From Flavobacteriales bacterium (GTDB taxonomy: Bacteria > Bacteroidota > Bacteroidia > Palsa-965): a stretch of DNA of 64,000 bases. A program made the position numbers and the translations under genes. The stretch spans positions 64,001-128,000 of the forward strand of contig JBEIPA010000011.1 of NCBI GenBank assembly GCA_040377305.1, written 5' to 3'. Position 1 is the stretch's first letter, and the number at the start of each line of letters is the position of its first letter. Below the pieces are notes generated by a model. The model was not told where the DNA came from. It saw only the letters and a list, made by a program, of their open reading frames with translations, and ran no database searches. This document shows positions 1 through 10,145 of the stretch, piece by piece.

Positions 1-115
1 CCCGCAATGCTTCCTGAGCTTCCGGAGTGAGTTTCGAATATTCACCTGCAATCCGTTTGAGGGTTGACTCCGGATGATTTTTGTAATTCCCGTAGAAAAA
101 ATCGCGACTATGCAT
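1..115 (-). CDS. hypothetical protein, N-terminal part only (runs off window start)
   Basis: Open frame from ATG at 115: MHSRDFFYGNYKNHPESTLKRIAGEYSKLTPEAQEALR..., with a TATATTCG -7-like box 3 nt upstream. Not in the ORF track. Confidence 0.5.
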   Translation of the reverse strand, partial: MHSRDFFYGNYKNHPESTLKRIAGEYSKLTPEAQEALR

Positions 116-265
116 ATACGAATATATCAACCTTCAGGCTATCTTGGGGTATGGAGTTCTCCAAAGGAATGAACGAAAGTACACCTTTGTAAGAACCAGT
201 TTTACCCCAGCTTAGCCAAACAGAATGTTCAGCAACGTGGAAAGACTCTCAATAAACTCAAACTC

Positions 266-637
266 ATGGAAAAGAAATTCGATTATGTCACCATTATGGA
301 AGTGCGTCACAAGCATCTTGAAACAATAGACGTTCCAAAAATTGTTTCCGAAGTGAAAGACCCGTGGTGGAATCAAACACTCACGGAAGTCAACGACAGT
401 TTTGTGCGTTTAGGAATTGTACACGGAGAATATCATTGGCACAAACACGATAATGATGATGAGTTTTTCTACATCGTCGAAGGACAATTGCTCATTGATC
501 TGGAAGACAGAACTATTGAATTGAATCCCGGCCAAGGTGTAACAATTCCGAAAGGAGTAATGCACAGACCTCGCGCACCGATCAAGACCGTGATGTTGAT
601 GGTGGAGACGAACGGGATTGTACCGACGGGAGACTAG
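266..637 (+). CDS. cupin domain protein
   Basis: 123 aa; cupin motifs WHKH..DEFF and G..VTIPKGVMHRP. Confidence 0.85.
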   Translation: MEKKFDYVTIMEVRHKHLETIDVPKIVSEVKDPWWNQTLTEVNDSFVRLGIVHGEYHWHKHDNDDEFFYIVEGQLLIDLEDRTIELNPGQGVTIPKGVMHRPRAPIKTVMLMVETNGIVPTGD

Positions 638-787
638 GTGTTTTGCCCCTACAGGGCAGTGGTATTAGTGCCAGACTTTTTTATGCATGTTTGGCTTCGC
701 TGAAGCCTTTGACTTTAGGTCCTGTAGGGACCAAACATGCATAAAAAAATGAAACGTGCACGACCTTGCCCTGGAGGGGCAAAACAT
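638..787. repeat. nested inverted-repeat (REP-like) element filling the stop-to-stop gap between cupin and dnaG
   Basis: Outer IR 638-658/767-787 (GTGTTTTGCCCCTACAGGGCA); inner IR 677-694/731-748 (TTTTTTATGCATGTTTGG); small internal hairpins. Confidence 0.8.
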
Positions 788-2767
788 CTACTTCAGGATA
801 ACTCTCCCGAGCTTCTTCGAAAATTCCCGCTTCGCCTGAATCAAACTATTCTGCTTCTGCAATAGAATCATCATGTCATCATGATCCACAGCCTCCTTCA
901 GTTCCTTCTGCACATCAGCAATCATCACCTCGAGGCGACGAAGCTGCAATGAATCAATGGCATATTGTGTTGCCTTGTGTAACACGTGCGTTTCTTCACT
1001 CACATAAATGAAGTGACGTTCCCAATTCGAGAGTGAATACGGTGTGGTCATGAAATCAACCGCAACTTCTGCGATGGCGCGATCAGGAAGATTCACAAAA
1101 TAGTTGAAGTCAATTGCAATGGACTGGTTGTGATGACTCACGTACTCTTCCATGATCTTTCGATACACTTCTGTTTCGAATGGAAATTGCTCGTGTTCTA
1201 TTTCGAGTACGATAAGATCTGCAACCGTTCCTTCAATTTCCATCTCGTTGCCTTGCTCGTCCTGACCTTTCATCGGAATAGGAACAGTGCCATAGTTCAG
1301 CAGCAGTCGCACAATTTCACGCTCCTGATATTCCGTACGCGTGGTTTGCGAAACAATGGGTTGTTCCATCCCCGGACCAACAGCGTCGGGAATAAAGTTC
1401 TGCGACTGCTCTTCTGCCGGACGGGCTTTGTTTGCATCATCGCGTTTCTTGTCGTGATTTTTCCGGCGATGCTTATTGAGCTCATTCAGCAAAGTCTGTT
1501 CGTCGATATTCAGAATGCGCGAACAGTCTTTCACGTACACACTGCGTGTAATTGCATCTGGAATGAGTGAAATACTTCCAACGATGTCGTGAATGAGTGC
1601 CGCTTTCTTGATCGGATCATTCTTCGTGTCGACAGAAAGCAATTCCGTTTTGAACGCGATAAAATCCTTCGTGTTCTCCTTAATAAACGACTTGAACGCT
1701 TCGGATGAAACTTTCTTGGAATACGAATCCGGATCGTCGTTATCGGGGAACAACAAAACGCGCACATTCATTCCTTCTTCGAGAATGAGATCGATTCCGC
1801 GGAAAGATGCTTTGATACCTGCAGGATCTCCGTCATACAGAATCGTGATGTTGCTCGTGTAGCGACGAATCAAACGAATCTGATCAACAGTCAACGCCGT
1901 TCCGGAAGATGCAACCGCGTTTTCAATTCCTGCCTGATGCATCGCAAGTACATCGGTGTAACCTTCCACGAGGTAGCACACATCGTCTTGTATGATTTGC
2001 TTCTTCGCGAAGTACAAACCATACAACACATTGCTCTTGTGATAAATTTCGGTCTCGGGCGAATTGATGTACTTCGCAACTTTCTTATCGGTGAGAAGTG
2101 TTCTTCCTCCGAATCCGAGTATGCGTCCGCTTGCGTTGTGAATCGGGAAAATCATTCTTCCCTTGAAGCGGTCGAAATATTTGTCTTTATTTTCTTCGTT
2201 CTGAATAGTGAGTCCCGCTTTCACGAGATACTCCAGTTTGTAGCCCGCAGCGATCGCAGCATCAGTCAGATCCTTCCACGTGTCGGGAGAAAACCCGAGC
2301 TGAAATTTCTCAATGATCTCCGGACGGAATCCGCGCTCACGGAAGTAGGAGAGACCGATGGCCTTTCCTTGTTCTGTTTCGTGCAGATTTTTCGTGTAAT
2401 GTTTTTGCGCAAATGCACTTACGAGAAAAAGCGACTCGCGTTCATTGTCACGAATCTGCTGTTCGTCGCTCTTCTGCTCTTCCGCAATCTCAATATTGTA
2501 TTTCTTCGCGAGCCAACGCAACGCTTCCGGATACGAAAGGTGCTCATGCTCCATAACGAAGTTCACCGAGTTACCGCCTTTACTGCAACCAAAGCATTTG
2601 TAAATCCCGCGCGCCGGAGAAACATTGAACGAGGGCGTCTTCTCATTGTGAAAAGGACACAACCCGATCATATTCGATCCCCGCTTTTTCAGCGACACGA
2701 ATTCCCCCACCACTTCGTCAATACGTGCGGTGTCGAGAATGAGGTCGACGGTTTCCTTTGGGATCAT
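788..2767 (-). CDS. dnaG: DNA primase
   Basis: CHC2 zinc finger (CPFH...CFGC), TOPRIM VEGYTDV and YDGD; start moved to MIPKETVD at 2767. Confidence 0.98.
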   Translation of the reverse strand: MIPKETVDLILDTARIDEVVGEFVSLKKRGSNMIGLCPFHNEKTPSFNVSPARGIYKCFGCSKGGNSVNFVMEHEHLSYPEALRWLAKKYNIEIAEEQKSDEQQIRDNERESLFLVSAFAQKHYTKNLHETEQGKAIGLSYFRERGFRPEIIEKFQLGFSPDTWKDLTDAAIAAGYKLEYLVKAGLTIQNEENKDKYFDRFKGRMIFPIHNASGRILGFGGRTLLTDKKVAKYINSPETEIYHKSNVLYGLYFAKKQIIQDDVCYLVEGYTDVLAMHQAGIENAVASSGTALTVDQIRLIRRYTSNITILYDGDPAGIKASFRGIDLILEEGMNVRVLLFPDNDDPDSYSKKVSSEAFKSFIKENTKDFIAFKTELLSVDTKNDPIKKAALIHDIVGSISLIPDAITRSVYVKDCSRILNIDEQTLLNELNKHRRKNHDKKRDDANKARPAEEQSQNFIPDAVGPGMEQPIVSQTTRTEYQEREIVRLLLNYGTVPIPMKGQDEQGNEMEIEGTVADLIVLEIEHEQFPFETEVYRKIMEEYVSHHNQSIAIDFNYFVNLPDRAIAEVAVDFMTTPYSLSNWERHFIYVSEETHVLHKATQYAIDSLQLRRLEVMIADVQKELKEAVDHDDMMILLQKQNSLIQAKREFSKKLGRVILK

Positions 2768-2935
2768 TTTGGGACCCTGAAGCACCTTATTAGTTGATCA
2801 GAGCAGGAGGTGAAGTTACCAAAAACGAAGGTTGTCCCGGCTGGTTTTGCAAATGAAAATGGCAGTAATTCAGGCTTAATACGGAAGGCTTCAACTGGCA
2901 TGGCAGAAGCAAAGCATTGACTAACAGCGTTGCGG

Positions 2936-3064
2936 TTAAATACGTATTCCAACCACGCAAACGTCATCGATGAGCGACGAAGGCCACGCCTTGTCGCCAT
3001 CGTGACTTTGCGTGGACTTGGTACTAATTTATATTCTGATTCCAACCACGCAAACGTCATCGAT
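2936..3064 (-). repeat. direct duplication of the last 12 codons of the SpoIIE gene, with an intervening hairpin
   Basis: 2936-2971 and 3029-3064 both encode IDDVCVVGIRI* on the minus strand; an imperfect inverted copy lies at 2998-3015. Confidence 0.9.
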
Positions 3065-5104
3065 CTGCTCCACATCGCCTTTCCACGCATCAAAAGCCTG
3101 CTTCAGCTTCTGCCCTTGTTCGCTCATTGGAAGATGCACCGTTTCATTCAACAGTTGTTTCAGCTGTTTGCCTTTGAATTTTTTTCCGTGAGGACCACCG
3201 AACTGATCTACGAATCCATCCGAAAACAGATAGAGCCGATCTCCGGGGAGAATGTCAATGGACTTGTTCGAGAACTGCTGTGTAATTTCTCCGAGCAAGG
3301 CGCCAACGGGCATTCGATCAGCAGGTATTTCCTGCAGTTCATTACCGCGAATCATGAGGAGTGAGTTAAATGCTCCTGCATATTCTACCACGTTATTCTT
3401 CCGGTCAATGGCAATCAGCGCAATGTCCATACCGTCTTTCACAACCTGTTCTTCTGCGCCCTGATGCAGAATTTTGTACAACTGCTTATTGATAAAATTC
3501 AGAATGAGTGCGGGCTTGTCGAGTCCAAAAACAGTAACCGCCTGATCGAGAAGATTGTGTCCAACGATACTCATGAATGCTCCGGGTACACCATGCCCTG
3601 TACAATCGGCAACAGCGATGAGTATTTTTCCGCCCCACTCTTCGGCCCAGTAGAAATCGCCGCTTACAATGTCTTTCGGCATGTAGAGAATAAACGAATC
3701 CGGAACAAGACGGTTCATTTGTGAATCAGGCGGAAGTATGGATTCCTGAATTCGTTTTGCATAATGAATACTGTCGGTGATTTCCTTATTCTTAATTCCG
3801 ATCAGAATATTTTGCTCTTCCAGTTTTGCAGAGATGCGCGTTTTCAGACGGAAACGGTTCCAGAGAATAAAAAGAAATGCGAGTGTGAGAATTCCGATGA
3901 TCGTTGCAAGAATAAATCCCCACTGCAGCGATTCCTTAATCACTTTTTGTTTCTCGAGTTCTGCCTGTGCAATCTTATTGTCTTTCGAGAGTACAATGAT
4001 TTCATTTTCACTTTTTTCTGCATTGTACTTCTCCTGCATCTCGGTAATCTGTTCTGCTTTGAGGTCGGTGAAAATGCTGTCTTTGATTTCCGTATACAGC
4101 TTGTAATACGCTAAGCTTTTTTCAAACTCACCTTTCTTCTCATAGGCAAGACTCAGTCCTTCGTAAATCACTTTCAGTTCTTCCGGTAATCCAAGTTCTT
4201 CCGCAACCTGCAACGCTATCGAATATTCTAAAATTGCTTTATCGAATTGACCGCGTTTTTCATACACGCCGGCAATGTTAATATGGCTATGCGATTTGCC
4301 CCGGAGGTCGCCGTGTTTTTCCTGAATGTCGAGTGCGCGCTTGTGATAGGACAGTGCTTCGTCATACAAATTTCCATTGTTGTTATCGAGAGAAGCAAGC
4401 TCCATGGAAATATTTCCAAGGTTGTTGTAAGTCCCGGAGAGATTGACTTCGAACGTTGCGTTGCCGGGATTCATGCTAACGAGTTTCAGCTGCAATTCTT
4501 CTGCACTTTGCTGGTAGCTTTTGGCAATGCGGAACAAGGAGTCTGCTTCCCGCGGAGTGCCTTTTACGGCTGCATCACGGCCGAGATCATAATAAATATT
4601 TCCGACGTTGCCGTAACTCGATGCAAGTCCACTGTGGTCGTCTCGTTTTTGTTTAATCGCAATAGAACTGAAATGATACTGCAATGCTTTAAGCCGATCT
4701 CCCATCTGGTAATGCACCAGCGCAACGTTGTTGTACACCTTAGCCATGTTCACAGAATCCTTGGTCTGCTCGCGGTACTTGAGCGCTTCGAGATAGTGCT
4801 TCAGCGCTTCAGCATAGTTTGCCTGGATGTAGTAAATGGTTCCGGCAGTGTGCTGTGAACGCGCAATTTCTTTTGGGTTCCCGTTCTTCTCGGAAAGTTC
4901 AATCGCATCGAGCGCATAGGCAACAGCTTTCCGCGGATCTGAATTTTTTAATTCAAAACTCAGCGTATTGTATACGTCGATTCGTGTGGAATCAGGAATG
5001 TCGCCCTGGAGAACAAGTTCAAGACTGTCGCTTTTAGTACCTGCGATCAGGAGAACAGTGTTGAGCAATAAAAATGTAAGCAGCGCGGTGGTACGTAGTT
5101 TCAT
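3029..5104 (-). CDS. TPR sensor / transmembrane / SpoIIE (PP2C) phosphatase
   Basis: Signal peptide, TPR repeats, one TM helix, then VSGDFYW, ADCTGHGVPGA, SDGFVDQFGG, QIDDVCV; start moved to MKLRTT at 5104. Confidence 0.92.
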   Translation of the reverse strand: MKLRTTALLTFLLLNTVLLIAGTKSDSLELVLQGDIPDSTRIDVYNTLSFELKNSDPRKAVAYALDAIELSEKNGNPKEIARSQHTAGTIYYIQANYAEALKHYLEALKYREQTKDSVNMAKVYNNVALVHYQMGDRLKALQYHFSSIAIKQKRDDHSGLASSYGNVGNIYYDLGRDAAVKGTPREADSLFRIAKSYQQSAEELQLKLVSMNPGNATFEVNLSGTYNNLGNISMELASLDNNNGNLYDEALSYHKRALDIQEKHGDLRGKSHSHINIAGVYEKRGQFDKAILEYSIALQVAEELGLPEELKVIYEGLSLAYEKKGEFEKSLAYYKLYTEIKDSIFTDLKAEQITEMQEKYNAEKSENEIIVLSKDNKIAQAELEKQKVIKESLQWGFILATIIGILTLAFLFILWNRFRLKTRISAKLEEQNILIGIKNKEITDSIHYAKRIQESILPPDSQMNRLVPDSFILYMPKDIVSGDFYWAEEWGGKILIAVADCTGHGVPGAFMSIVGHNLLDQAVTVFGLDKPALILNFINKQLYKILHQGAEEQVVKDGMDIALIAIDRKNNVVEYAGAFNSLLMIRGNELQEIPADRMPVGALLGEITQQFSNKSIDILPGDRLYLFSDGFVDQFGGPHGKKFKGKQLKQLLNETVHLPMSEQGQKLKQAFDAWKGDVEQIDDVCVVGIRI

Positions 5105-5292
5105 ACGAAAGTTACCATCCGAAGATAACAAAATAATGACGCTCATCTATAGCGACTATTATCGGGAGAGAAGCGCCGCTTGCTCCAATTATGGAATAGG
5201 AATCTCCAGTTATGAGATAGGCGTGTGTTCATTGGCAAAGGGCGTTGATTTATTCTATCTTCGGAACTCATCCCCAACTAAATAAAAACGCT

Positions 5293-8200
5293 ATGCTGCG
5301 AATTTTACTGCGTGTTTGTTTGGGGATGGTGGGTGGGGTAATCTCGTTACAAGGATTTGCACAGGTTAGTACCTATTGCACACCGCCGTATTCCAAGATT
5401 GATCTTGACATCAACAACGTGCGCACCACAATATTGGTGGGTGGAGATATGTGGTGGGATCTGACGACGGCACGATATGAAATTCCGAAAGGATCTGGAA
5501 AGAACAGTTTGTTCTGTGGCTCAATTTGGATAGGCGGTCTGGATCCAATCGGAAATCTTCACATAGCTGCGGGAACTTATCGTCAGTCTGGTATTGATTT
5601 TTGGTCGGGACCGTTGGACACTGTGAATTTATTTCCGAATGATTCTTCCTGCAATATGTATGATCGTATCTGGAGATTGAATCGTTCAGATGTAGAATCA
5701 TTCATACAGAATCGCACCGATCCGAATTATGTCATCCCTGAAGAGATTCTATCGTGGCCTGGTAACGGTAATACGGCGTGGGGTCATGCTCATCAACTTG
5801 CACCATACGTTGACGTGAATGGAAATGGATATTACGAGCCAGTGCACGGAGATTATCCTGCTTTCAATTTTAGTGGTCAGAATAACTGCGACTATGATTT
5901 ATTGGGTGACCAGGCTTTGTGGTGGGTATTCAACGATAACGGAAACCAACATTCGGAAACGGGAGGACAGGCCTTGGGATTGGAAGTACATGCAATGGCT
6001 TATGCCTACCGCTCACAGTACGAGGCACTCAATAATGCAACGTTTTACAGATATAAATTGATCAATCGTTCATCGAATGATTATCACGCGGTATGGTTCG
6101 GAATCTTGTCTGATTATGATTTGGGAGATGCTTTTGACGATTATGTTGGTTGTGATGTGGGGCGCAGCCTCGGATACTGTTACAATGGAGATCGAGCTGA
6201 TGGCGACACTGCCGTTGGTGGTCCGGGAACTTATGGTGATCATCCTCCGGCGATTGGAATTGATTTTCTAAGCGGTGTTTTGGCGGATGTTGATGGTCGT
6301 GACAATGACAGGGATTTTATTGTTGATGAACCCGGCGAACGAATTGCATTGGCAAGCTCAATGTATTACGACGGAAATTTCACCGTTACCGGAAATCCAG
6401 GCTTGGGTCCGGAATTCTATACGTTCCTAAAATCAGAATGGAAAGACGGCACGCACCTCACCTATGGAGGAACAGGATATGGTGGTGCTGTTCAAGCTGA
6501 CTTCATGTTCCCTGGTGTAAGTGACCCACTGGGTTGGGGAACGGGTGGTGTGCCGCAACCAGCGTGGGATGAATTTATATCTGGAAATCTCCCTAACGAT
6601 CGTCGGCAGCTGAATTCAATTGGTCCGTTCACGTTGCAATCAGGAGAAGTAGATGTAGTACACATTGGTGTTCCTTGGGCACGCGACACTATGGGCAATA
6701 ACCTTGATGCAATTGCAGCACTTCAATCTGCAGATGACGACATTCAACTCCTCTTCAATAACTGTTTCTCACTTCCATGTGCTTTTCAAGCTCTCCCCGA
6801 AATCACATACACTTATGCCGACGAACTCGCTTTCTTCACTTTACTCGGTGGCGGTACTTCCTGGTCATGGGATTTTGGTGACGGACAAACATCTGCTTTA
6901 CAACATCCATCTCACTACTATACGATTCCCGGAACATACACAATTGCAGTTGCGGTAACATCGTCGTGCGGAACGTACACAGACACAACTACACTCGTAG
7001 TTCCTGATTACACACAACCGTGCGGTCCATCACTTACTCGCATCGAAGGACAAGGAAACGGAAATCAGGAAATACATTTCACGAAAGAGACCATCGAAGA
7101 GATTCTTTCTTCACCAACTCATCGTTCCTTGTTTCCCATCTATACGCCGGGTCACGGTCCGGTGCAGATTAGCTATGAAGATTATCATCACTTGCAGGAC
7201 GGAGAATACAGAATTGCATTCGATTCGGTTACTTCCAACGCCAAATGGAAAATGTGGATCGTTGGAGGAACGGACACCGTTTATTCCGACTCTACTATCA
7301 GCAGTGGAAATGTTCAACGCATTGCCATGTGGGGACTGGGCGTACGAATTCTCCAGGTGAACAAACCGGGATACAACAACAATCCGGATCGCAACGGATT
7401 TCTAACGGCTTCAATGTCATTCGATGATCCTTCGAAGAATTGGTTGACCGGAATGCCCGATGATGAAGAAAACACTTCGGATAACTGGATTCGCTCGGGT
7501 TGGAGAACAGGAACCGGAGTATGCGTTGCAGATTTTAATGATCGTCATAACGGACTTAATCCAATCGACTACGACGAAGATTACGAATCAATTCTCGGAG
7601 GCACATGGGCGCCTTATCGCATTTGTGCATACAATCCGTATCCGAATCAAGCAACGATCTGTTACGACAAAGGTCCTGCGTGGTTTCCTTCTCCGCCTTC
7701 TGCAACAGTGGCGAACAAATTTGAAAACATTGCTAACGTTGATGTGGTCATCACCAGCGACAAATCAAAATGGACACGCTGTTGTGTTATTGAAAGTGGA
7801 GCGACGTACGAATTGAATCAGGGTCAACGTGAAACATTTCATCTGCGCGATTCACCTTCTGTTGATAAAGACGGTCGCAACATTTCCAACGGCGGAAGTT
7901 CTGATCCGAATGATCCGAATGCTGCCGATTACATTGGTGCAAACGGAATGGGATGGTTTCCGGGTTATGCAATCAATCTTGAAACAGGTGAACGATTGAA
8001 CATGGCGTTCGGAGAAAACTCTGCTTACCTGCAGGAGAATGGTCGCGACATGTTGTGGAATCCAACGGAGAATGAATTTACACCACTGGTTGGAAATTTG
8101 TGGGGAGGTTGTCATTTCATCTACGTGTTTGGTCACAATGGAGATGCAACGTACACAACCGGAAATCTCAGTGGAGAATTGATGGACATGCCGCGGTATG

Positions 8201-8703
8201 ACTATGGACAAGCGATGTACACCATTCTTAATTCAGCTTCTTCCGCGAATACCCAATTGCGTGAAGTATATGCGGATGCCATGTGGACCACCATTCCGGT
8301 GATCAATCCGGGACATTCATTACTGGAAAGTGATGTCACCGTAAAATTGCGCGTGCAGAAACCGTATGCGAAGTATCAGACGGATTCAATTCCGCAGAAT
8401 AAAAATTATCCGTTGTATGGTTTCCGCATCGACAAATTCAATCTGGAGTGCAACGCATACATGGGCGATGTGAATGTGTTTCCGAATCCGTTCTCTGATC
8501 AGTCGGTGATTCACTTCGAGAACATGCATGAACATGAAGCGACGGTAAAACTTTACGATGTGCAAGGAAAACTCGTGCGTGAACTCAATACAACTTCCGA
8601 TCGTGTTGTGATTTCTTCGGCGGGATTATTTGCGGGGATGTATGTGTGGACGTTGGAACTTGACGGAGAGAAACCGAGAACGGGGAAGATCATCTTACGA
8701 TGA
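5293..8703 (+). CDS. large secreted protein with PKD domain and T9SS type A C-terminal sorting domain
   Basis: Signal peptide ending AQ; PKD motif WSWDFGDG...PSHYY..PGTYTI; CTD VFPNP...YDVQGKLV...GMY...KIILR; start moved to 5293. Confidence 0.85.
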   Translation: MLRILLRVCLGMVGGVISLQGFAQVSTYCTPPYSKIDLDINNVRTTILVGGDMWWDLTTARYEIPKGSGKNSLFCGSIWIGGLDPIGNLHIAAGTYRQSGIDFWSGPLDTVNLFPNDSSCNMYDRIWRLNRSDVESFIQNRTDPNYVIPEEILSWPGNGNTAWGHAHQLAPYVDVNGNGYYEPVHGDYPAFNFSGQNNCDYDLLGDQALWWVFNDNGNQHSETGGQALGLEVHAMAYAYRSQYEALNNATFYRYKLINRSSNDYHAVWFGILSDYDLGDAFDDYVGCDVGRSLGYCYNGDRADGDTAVGGPGTYGDHPPAIGIDFLSGVLADVDGRDNDRDFIVDEPGERIALASSMYYDGNFTVTGNPGLGPEFYTFLKSEWKDGTHLTYGGTGYGGAVQADFMFPGVSDPLGWGTGGVPQPAWDEFISGNLPNDRRQLNSIGPFTLQSGEVDVVHIGVPWARDTMGNNLDAIAALQSADDDIQLLFNNCFSLPCAFQALPEITYTYADELAFFTLLGGGTSWSWDFGDGQTSALQHPSHYYTIPGTYTIAVAVTSSCGTYTDTTTLVVPDYTQPCGPSLTRIEGQGNGNQEIHFTKETIEEILSSPTHRSLFPIYTPGHGPVQISYEDYHHLQDGEYRIAFDSVTSNAKWKMWIVGGTDTVYSDSTISSGNVQRIAMWGLGVRILQVNKPGYNNNPDRNGFLTASMSFDDPSKNWLTGMPDDEENTSDNWIRSGWRTGTGVCVADFNDRHNGLNPIDYDEDYESILGGTWAPYRICAYNPYPNQATICYDKGPAWFPSPPSATVANKFENIANVDVVITSDKSKWTRCCVIESGATYELNQGQRETFHLRDSPSVDKDGRNISNGGSSDPNDPNAADYIGANGMGWFPGYAINLETGERLNMAFGENSAYLQENGRDMLWNPTENEFTPLVGNLWGGCHFIYVFGHNGDATYTTGNLSGELMDMPRYDYGQAMYTILNSASSANTQLREVYADAMWTTIPVINPGHSLLESDVTVKLRVQKPYAKYQTDSIPQNKNYPLYGFRIDKFNLECNAYMGDVNVFPNPFSDQSVIHFENMHEHEATVKLYDVQGKLVRELNTTSDRVVISSAGLFAGMYVWTLELDGEKPRTGKIILR

Positions 8704-8792
8704 TTACAATGCGCAATAGCCAATGCGCAATGCTCAATACACTTCATCCTGGTTTATATGCTGCGCATTGCGTATTGGCTATTGCGCATTGA
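8704..8792. repeat. 7-nt periodic (CAATnnn) arms in inverted orientation
   Basis: caatgcg caatagc caatgcg caatgct ... gcattgc gtattgg ctattgc gcattg; sibling element at 56056-56125. Confidence 0.8.
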
Positions 8793-9347
8793 TCAGCGCT
8801 TAGCGCTTGTATCCGGCATCACCCCGCCATAATCCCGCTCCACCAAATTGTGCCCTTGCTCACTCCAGTATTTCCATTTGCCAACGGTCTTCCCCTGATT
8901 GTAATAACCTTCCGAAGATTTCGATCCGTCGTGATACCACGATACGCCGTAACCCGTGCGGTAACCTAAATGGTATGTTCCGCGGCTATATGGTTTTCCG
9001 TCGTCGTAAAATGTGAGCCATTCTCCCGATGCAAGTCCGCCTTTAATGTAACCGCGTTTCTTGATGATGCCATTCTCATACTTCTCAATGTAATCTCCAT
9101 CCCAAATTGAATCTGCAATCTGTTGCGGCACCGGAGAATTCGGCGGCGTAACGGAAAGCGATTTCAACGGAACATTTTGATCTGTCGACACTACCGTTGT
9201 TGTACTATCTGCATTACTCACCGGTTGATCCGGACTGCAACTTTGGATCGCAAGTATTCCAAAAGCCAGCATCAATAGTTTTGTGCTCGGGATGAACGAG
9301 GATTTATACTCCCGTCTCCCATCTCTGATCTCCCAACTTCTATGCAT
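8793..9347 (-). CDS. MORN-variant (YwqK-like) repeat lipoprotein
   Basis: Lipobox AIQSC; repeats of the GEW..FY.DG/SEG.Y type. Start uncertain: 9347 (overlapping the upstream stop) or 9272. Confidence 0.7.
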   Translation of the reverse strand: MHRSWEIRDGRREYKSSFIPSTKLLMLAFGILAIQSCSPDQPVSNADSTTTVVSTDQNVPLKSLSVTPPNSPVPQQIADSIWDGDYIEKYENGIIKKRGYIKGGLASGEWLTFYDDGKPYSRGTYHLGYRTGYGVSWYHDGSKSSEGYYNQGKTVGKWKYWSEQGHNLVERDYGGVMPDTSAKR

Positions 9348-10140
9348 AAATAATCTCTTTAAAAAGTTTAGCGTCCCGGTAAATTTCTTTGCGATCCATT
9401 TTTCCGTCTTCGCCAAAGTACTTCCATTTCTTCACTTTCATTCCGTTCTTATAACAACCGGTCGCACTCACTTTACCGTCGGCATGAAAACCGGTCCATT
9501 TGCCATCCCACTCACCCCCGGAATAGGAACCTTCCGAGTTTTTCTTTCCATCAGCATTCCAGAAAACCCATTTGCCATTGGCTTTCCCATTCGCAATTTC
9601 ACCTTCCGATTGCAACTGTCCGTTGTCGTACCACTGACGGAAATGTCCGTGCATTACACCTTGCGCGTAATTTGCTTCCTCCTGAATACTTCCGTTCGGA
9701 TACCACTTCTTCCACGATCCTTCTCTCTTGCCATTACGATTAATGCCTGCTTCTTTCTTCAACGTGTCGTTCCAGAACTCAGCAAACAATCCGTCTTCGA
9801 TATTGTTCTTGTAAAAACACAAGCGGGCGAGACGTCCGTTTGCATCGAAGAAATACCAACAGCTGTCGAGTTTGTCTTCCTTGTAATATCCTTTTTTTTC
9901 AAGACGACCGAATTCATCCCAATAAAACCATTCCGATGTGGCTTGTCCTGCTGCATAAGATCCCATCATTTTGCGCGTACCATTCTCGTGGTAATACGTC
10001 CAGATGCCGGTGGTTTTTCCTTCTGCATCGAGTGTGCCTTCGGAAGAGACTTTTCCGTTCGCGTGATAATATTTTCGGGGCGTTTGCGCGTGAACGCTAA
10101 CGGCAATAATGATCAGCAGGGATAAAAGTATATTCTTCAT
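9340..10140 (-). CDS. secreted MORN-variant (YwqK-like) repeat protein
   Basis: Signal peptide ending HAQ; about 10 repeats of ~24 aa (W..Y..NG....EG.Y..G). Confidence 0.85.
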   Translation of the reverse strand: MKNILLSLLIIIAVSVHAQTPRKYYHANGKVSSEGTLDAEGKTTGIWTYYHENGTRKMMGSYAAGQATSEWFYWDEFGRLEKKGYYKEDKLDSCWYFFDANGRLARLCFYKNNIEDGLFAEFWNDTLKKEAGINRNGKREGSWKKWYPNGSIQEEANYAQGVMHGHFRQWYDNGQLQSEGEIANGKANGKWVFWNADGKKNSEGSYSGGEWDGKWTGFHADGKVSATGCYKNGMKVKKWKYFGEDGKMDRKEIYRDAKLFKEIIYA

Positions 10141-10145
10141 TGGGG

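Noticed and set aside
1130-2797. Long antisense or overlapping ORFs (e.g. 1937-2797, 9283-10125, 56700-57401, 58742-59464)
   Set aside because: They are shadows of well-supported genes and have no family motifs.
5233-5250. sigma54 promoter upstream of the 5293 T9SS gene
   Set aside because: TGGCA is present, but there is no GC at the required 10-nt spacing.
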